DNA of 64,000 nt from a bacterium (GTDB lineage Bacteria > Zhuqueibacterota > Zhuqueibacteria > Residuimicrobiales > Residuimicrobiaceae), in the NCBI GenBank assembly GCA_029554865.1, contig JAKPUX010000314.1:5954-69953 (forward strand), in the 5' to 3' direction. The notes under the pieces were generated by a model. The model was given only the letters and a program-made list of their open reading frames with translations. It was not told where the DNA came from and did not search any database. A program made the translations under genes and the position numbers. Shown here piece after piece: positions 59,925 through 64,000 of this stretch; within the stretch, counting starts at the first letter, position 1, and each line of letters begins with the position of its first letter.

Positions 59925-61043
59925 ATGAGCGAGATGCCCTCACTGCCGGGCGCTGACAAAGTATCAGCCTTCGTATCCAAAAAAGAGAAAACTGTGGGAA
60001 GCTTCGGCATGATCCTGCTGATCATCGGCCTGGCCCTCGGCTTTTATGCCATCTCCCCCTTTCTCATCACCCTGTTGACCAACGCCATCGCCGTCACCAG
60101 CAAGGCCATCGTCCTCGGCGGCCTCATGGCCCTCGCCGCCCTGCTCTGGTGGGTCTTTTCCAGCAAGCGCTTCCGTTCCATCATGTATTTCTGGCGCGCC
60201 AAGTTCTACCGCTGGTTCACCGGCCTGCTTATCAAGAGCGGACCCCTCGACGTCATCTATGCTTATGTCAATGAATACCTGGGCGAAAAACTCGAAACCA
60301 TCCAGAGTGCCGCTGATAATGTCTACGGCATCCGCAACGGGATCAAGACCAATATCGATAACTATCAGAGCCAGATCAAGGAGCGCATCAAACAGGCGGA
60401 CGCCCTCAAGGACCGCTTTTTCGAGAAGGGCGCCTGGGTCGATGAGGAGAAACGCTTCCAGTTTCAGAAGATCAGCAGTGAAGCCGGCATGCTCCAGTCG
60501 AACCTCGAAAAATCGCAGAAGCGCTTCGAACGCGCCGAGAAGTATTGCCAGATTATGAAAAAAATGCAGCAGGCCTTCGAGTTCTACCGCGACAAGACCA
60601 AGTTCTTCGCCGATACCCTGGCCGCCGATTATAACGAAGCCCAGGCCATGGCCAAAGCCACCCAGGCCACCTCCAGCGTCCTCGGCGGCGACGCTCACAG
60701 CGATATCTACGAAATGTCGGTCAAGTACGTTCAGGGCCAAATCGCCCTCTTCACCGGACAGGTCGACCGCTTCATGCAGGTCGCTCCCCAGTTCCTCGCC
60801 GAACCGGAGCTCAACGACATGGTCAGCGAGGATGCCATGATGAAAACCCTTGAGCAGTGGGACACCGCGAGCGACCAGATGCTCCAGCAGGCTGAGGATA
60901 TCGGCAAAGCCGGCCAGGCGCTTTCAACCGGCGATCCCAACCAGGCAGTGGCCATCGTCACCGCCGGCGACAAGCGCGAACTGGTGCCGATCATGCCGGC
61001 CAAAACCACGGGCGAAGAAGAGAAGAAAAAGTACAGCTGGTAA
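59925..61043 (+). CDS. hypothetical membrane protein: 2 TM helices + long coiled coil
   Basis: TM1 FGMILLIIGLALGFYAISPFLI, TM2 AIVLGGLMALAALLWWVF, then ~270 aa of charged helical/coiled-coil sequence. Starts 16 nt after the upstream gene. Confidence 0.5.
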   Translation: MSEMPSLPGADKVSAFVSKKEKTVGSFGMILLIIGLALGFYAISPFLITLLTNAIAVTSKAIVLGGLMALAALLWWVFSSKRFRSIMYFWRAKFYRWFTGLLIKSGPLDVIYAYVNEYLGEKLETIQSAADNVYGIRNGIKTNIDNYQSQIKERIKQADALKDRFFEKGAWVDEEKRFQFQKISSEAGMLQSNLEKSQKRFERAEKYCQIMKKMQQAFEFYRDKTKFFADTLAADYNEAQAMAKATQATSSVLGGDAHSDIYEMSVKYVQGQIALFTGQVDRFMQVAPQFLAEPELNDMVSEDAMMKTLEQWDTASDQMLQQAEDIGKAGQALSTGDPNQAVAIVTAGDKRELVPIMPAKTTGEEEKKKYSW

Positions 61044-61139
61044 GGAAAGCTCCACCGCCGCACCGGCGAGCGAACGCTCTTGCTCGCAAAGGGGCCGGCG
61101 CAGCGGGAGCCATCGATCAACCCAATCAAGGAGCAAGAT

Positions 61140-62645
61140 ATGGCAGATCAAGCGTACGCAGGCGGAGGCAGCAAGGGAGGCCTCACCCTTTTTTCAAAGG
61201 TTCTCATCGGCCTGCTCATCATCGGCGCCGTTGGCTTCGCCGCCTGGAAGTTTCTGCCCGAGGGCGGCAGCAAGGATCCCCTGCGCGTCCACCTCATCAC
61301 CTATCCTGGCATGACGCCGGGCCCCTATTTCAATAACGGCATGAGCCCCAATCCCGAATCGCGCTTTAAAAAGGAGTACGGGCTCAACGTCAAGTTCACC
61401 GTCATCGACGTCATCCCCGATGCCCTCCAGGCCTGGAAGACCGGCCAGATTGATGCGGCTGTCCTCACCGTCGATTCCTATCCCATCGGCCTCGAGGAAC
61501 TGCTCACCTTCAAGCCGCGCATCTTTTTGCTCACGGACAAATCCCAGGGCGCCGACGTCATTCTCGCCTCCGCCGCGGTCAAATCGGTCGCCGATCTCGC
61601 CGGCCGCAAGGTGGGCTACACCCCTGGCACGCCGTCGCAGTGGTTCCTGCTCAACATCCTCAAAGCGGCCAACATGACCATGAGCGACATCCAGGGAATC
61701 GAATTCAACGAGGTGCCCCAGGTCTTCAAGGCCTTCGAGACCGGCCAGCTCGACGCCGCGCTCGGCTGGTCACCGGACGATATCACCACCCGCGAACGCA
61801 CGCCCGGCGCCCATGTCCTCAAGAGCACCAAGGAATCCTCCGAAATGCTCTTCGGCATCATGTTCGCCAGCCAGGAGGTGATCGACAAGCGCCACGTCGA
61901 CTTTGAACACTTTGTCGAAGGCTGGTTGAAGGGGGCCGCCGAACTCAACACCGACCAGAACGCCCGCCGCAAGGCAGCCCAAATCATGACCGCAGGCTAC
62001 AGCGGCACCAACGAGGAGTACTGGCTCGAAACTTTCAACAATGTCCGCCTGGGCACCTACGGCGACAACGCCGGATTTTTCGGACTCACCCCCGGCTTCA
62101 AGGGGGTGACTGCGGAGATGATCTACGACGAGGCCCGCAAGGCCTATTCGGCCATCGGCTTCGCCTCCCCCAACCTGCCGAGCTGGCGCAACGTCTCGGA
62201 TGCCAGCCTCGTCAACGCCGCCCGCCTCAGCGGCACGGCCCATATGGCCCAGGCCCCGGCCACCTTTTCTCCGCCGACCTCGGATATGTACACCAAACCC
62301 GCCTTGGCCACCAAGAACGTGCGCGTCAACTTTGGTTTCAACTCGGCCGTGCTCGAGCCCCTCGAGGCCCTCAAGCTCAAGAATGAATACGGCCAGATTG
62401 TCGCCATGAATGCCAATTCGCGCTTCCGCATCATCGGCCACACCGACAACGTCGGCGGCCGCGAATACAACATCGAACTCTCGCGCCGCCGCGCCAAGGC
62501 CATCGTCGAGTTCTTCGTCGAGACCTATGGCCTGAGCCGCAACCAGTTCATTTATGACGGCAAGGGCCCCGACCAGCCCATCGCCACCAACTCAACCGAG
62601 GAGGGCATGGCGCTCAACCGCCGCGCCGAGTGCTCTCTGCTTTAA
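61140..62645 (+). CDS. ABC-transporter substrate-binding protein (NitT/TauT, NMT1-like) fused to C-terminal OmpA-like peptidoglycan-binding domain, N-terminally membrane anchored
   Basis: AAGGAG RBS. N-terminal TM anchor (VLIGLLIIGAVGFAAW), an SsuA/NMT1-like periplasmic domain, then an OmpA_C-like domain with GHTDNVGGREYNIELSRRRA and ...ALNRRAE motifs. Confidence 0.7.
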   Translation: MADQAYAGGGSKGGLTLFSKVLIGLLIIGAVGFAAWKFLPEGGSKDPLRVHLITYPGMTPGPYFNNGMSPNPESRFKKEYGLNVKFTVIDVIPDALQAWKTGQIDAAVLTVDSYPIGLEELLTFKPRIFLLTDKSQGADVILASAAVKSVADLAGRKVGYTPGTPSQWFLLNILKAANMTMSDIQGIEFNEVPQVFKAFETGQLDAALGWSPDDITTRERTPGAHVLKSTKESSEMLFGIMFASQEVIDKRHVDFEHFVEGWLKGAAELNTDQNARRKAAQIMTAGYSGTNEEYWLETFNNVRLGTYGDNAGFFGLTPGFKGVTAEMIYDEARKAYSAIGFASPNLPSWRNVSDASLVNAARLSGTAHMAQAPATFSPPTSDMYTKPALATKNVRVNFGFNSAVLEPLEALKLKNEYGQIVAMNANSRFRIIGHTDNVGGREYNIELSRRRAKAIVEFFVETYGLSRNQFIYDGKGPDQPIATNSTEEGMALNRRAECSLL

Positions 62646-62748
62646 TCCCTTGTTCGACATGCCGGCTCGTCATGAGCGGCGGGCCGGCATGGTTTCACTG
62701 GCGCCCTCTTCCATACCGGCGCCTTTCCATATCCACTCCGGAGGCATC

Positions 62749-63543
62749 ATGTCTTCCCCCCTTTTCGAACTGCGCGGTGAGCTGCCCAAGAGCCAGAAGA
62801 TCCAGATCGGCCTGCTTGGCGCCGTGGTCATCATCCTGCTCTGGTGGCTGATCGTCAAACTGGGCCTCGTCAACCCCAACATCGTCCCCTCCCCCATCGC
62901 CATCATCGGCTCCATCCCCGAGCTGATCAGCCGGGACGAACTCTTCAAACACCTCGGTCTGACCGTTTTTATGAACGTCGTCAGCTGGATCGAAGGCGCG
63001 GCGATCGCCCTGCCCATCGGCTTTGCCATCGGCCTCTTTCCCCTCATCAACGCCCTCTTCGGGGGCTATGTCACCGCCACGCGCTATATCCCCCTCACCG
63101 CCACCATCGTCCTCTTCATGGCGGCGTTCGGCATCTATATGTTCATGAAAGTCCAGTTCCTCACCTTTGCCATCCTCGTCTACCTCATCACCGCCGTCGT
63201 CTCCCGCGTACAGGAGACCCCGCAGGTCTATGTCGACGCGGTCAAAACCCTGGGGGCGAACCGCTGGCAGACGATCAAAAGCGTCTTCATCCCGCATGTC
63301 CTTTCGCGGGTCTTTACCGATTTCATCAACATTGTCGCCATCAGCTGGACCTACGCCGTCTATGTCGAACTGATCAACAAACAGGAGGGCGGCATCGGCG
63401 CCCTCATCCAGAACCTCTATTTCCGCCAGAACGAAGTGGACAAGCTCTATATGCTCATCCTGATCATGGTCGGTGTCGGCTTTTGTTTCGATCTGCTGCT
63501 GCGTTTCATCGACCGCAAGGCATTTCCACATAAGTACGTATAA
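62749..63543 (+). CDS. ABC transporter permease (NitT/TauT family)
   Basis: GGAGG 5 nt upstream of the ATG at 62749. About 6 TM helices. EAA-like loop region (...TLGANRWQTIKSVFIPHV...). Confidence 0.8.
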   Translation: MSSPLFELRGELPKSQKIQIGLLGAVVIILLWWLIVKLGLVNPNIVPSPIAIIGSIPELISRDELFKHLGLTVFMNVVSWIEGAAIALPIGFAIGLFPLINALFGGYVTATRYIPLTATIVLFMAAFGIYMFMKVQFLTFAILVYLITAVVSRVQETPQVYVDAVKTLGANRWQTIKSVFIPHVLSRVFTDFINIVAISWTYAVYVELINKQEGGIGALIQNLYFRQNEVDKLYMLILIMVGVGFCFDLLLRFIDRKAFPHKYV

Positions 63544-63554
63544 GGCGATCCCGT

Positions 63555-64000
63555 ATGACTCCAGACTTTACCAATACCAATCTGGCCGATATCATCGAAT
63601 TGAAGGATATCAGCACCAGCTACGACAAGGGCCAGAGCTATATCATCAAGGATTTCAACCTGCTCATCGAGGACATCCCTGACAAGGGCGAGTTCATCGT
63701 CATCCTCGGCAAATCGGGATGCGGCAAGACCACCATCCTCAAATACATTGCGGGATTGAAGGAGCCCACCTCCGGCCAGGTCCTCATCCGCGGGCGCGAG
63801 CGCGACCGCTCGGTCCCCATCAGCGTCATCTTCCAGGAGCCCTCCGCCCTCGAGCACTATACCGTGCTCAAGAACGTCATGCTCCCCCTGCTCTACAAGG
63901 GGGTGCCTGAGCGCGAGGCCGCCGACCGGGCCATGACCATGATCAAGGCGGTCGGGCTGGACGGCCACGAGCACAAATACGCCAAGTTCGGCAAGCTCTC
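63555..64000 (+). CDS. ABC transporter ATP-binding protein (3' end beyond window)
   Basis: Walker A GKSGCGKTT and Q-loop region. Runs to the window edge. Confidence 0.85.
   Translation, partial: MTPDFTNTNLADIIELKDISTSYDKGQSYIIKDFNLLIEDIPDKGEFIVILGKSGCGKTTILKYIAGLKEPTSGQVLIRGRERDRSVPISVIFQEPSALEHYTVLKNVMLPLLYKGVPEREAADRAMTMIKAVGLDGHEHKYAKFGKL

Overview
High-GC (~62%) bacterial chromosome segment, densely coding, with no rRNA, tRNA, CRISPR or mobile-element genes seen. Type IX secretion (T9SS) C-terminal sorting domains on several secreted proteins, PorV/PorQ-family beta-barrels and two sigma54 activators suggest an FCB-superphylum-like organism (e.g. Rhodothermota/Gemmatimonadota-like); this cannot be confirmed from sequence alone. 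Left end (minus strand): a complete F0F1 ATP synthase cluster atpZ-atpI-atpB-atpE-atpF-atpH-atpA, with atpA 3'-truncated by the window edge. Immediately upstream and co-directional: parA-parB, an M23/LytM peptidase and a bactofilin. Divergent from parA: proline dehydrogenase - ligA - M48 lipoprotein peptidase, with overlapping start/stop codons. Then a structured ~330-nt non-coding gap with a sigma54-like promoter and a strong bidirectional terminator, convergent with an NtrC-type response regulator, a histidine kinase carrying an FG-GAP beta-propeller sensor domain, and a CE4 deacetylase-like protein with a T9SS C-terminal domain. Middle: secreted S8 and M1 peptidases, an RsmB-like methyltransferase, formiminotransferase-cyclodeaminase, and a 1185-aa multi-GAF sigma54 activator. 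A perfect sigma54 promoter lies directly below that activator and drives a small glycine-rich membrane protein; that transcript would run antisense through a small tail-anchored protein gene to an intrinsic terminator. Then diacylglycerol-kinase-family lipid kinase, DsbD, ECF sigma, Ctp(S41) plus lipoprotein, and an isocitrate/isopropylmalate-family dehydrogenase. Next a leader-terminator-controlled module of two tandem PorV-like barrels, a BNR beta-propeller T9SS protein and a repeat lipoprotein. Right part: HAD hydrolase, tryptophanase, HD-domain protein, PdxJ, YibQ-like deacetylase, GalT-like HIT protein, a gluzincin lipoprotein, a beta-lactamase-fold hydrolase, Pgm, small orphan proteins and YceI. 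The window ends with a strongly promoted operon of two coiled-coil proteins, an unusual substrate-binding-protein::OmpA-domain fusion, an ABC permease and an ABC ATPase (truncated by the window edge). Most striking candidates for new biology: the sigma54 sRNA-like locus next to the two-component system; the giant GAF-EBP / sigma54-promoter / antisense arrangement; the parAB-M23-bactofilin module; the attenuator-like leader before the PorV-like module; and the coiled-coil + SBP-OmpA ABC operon.
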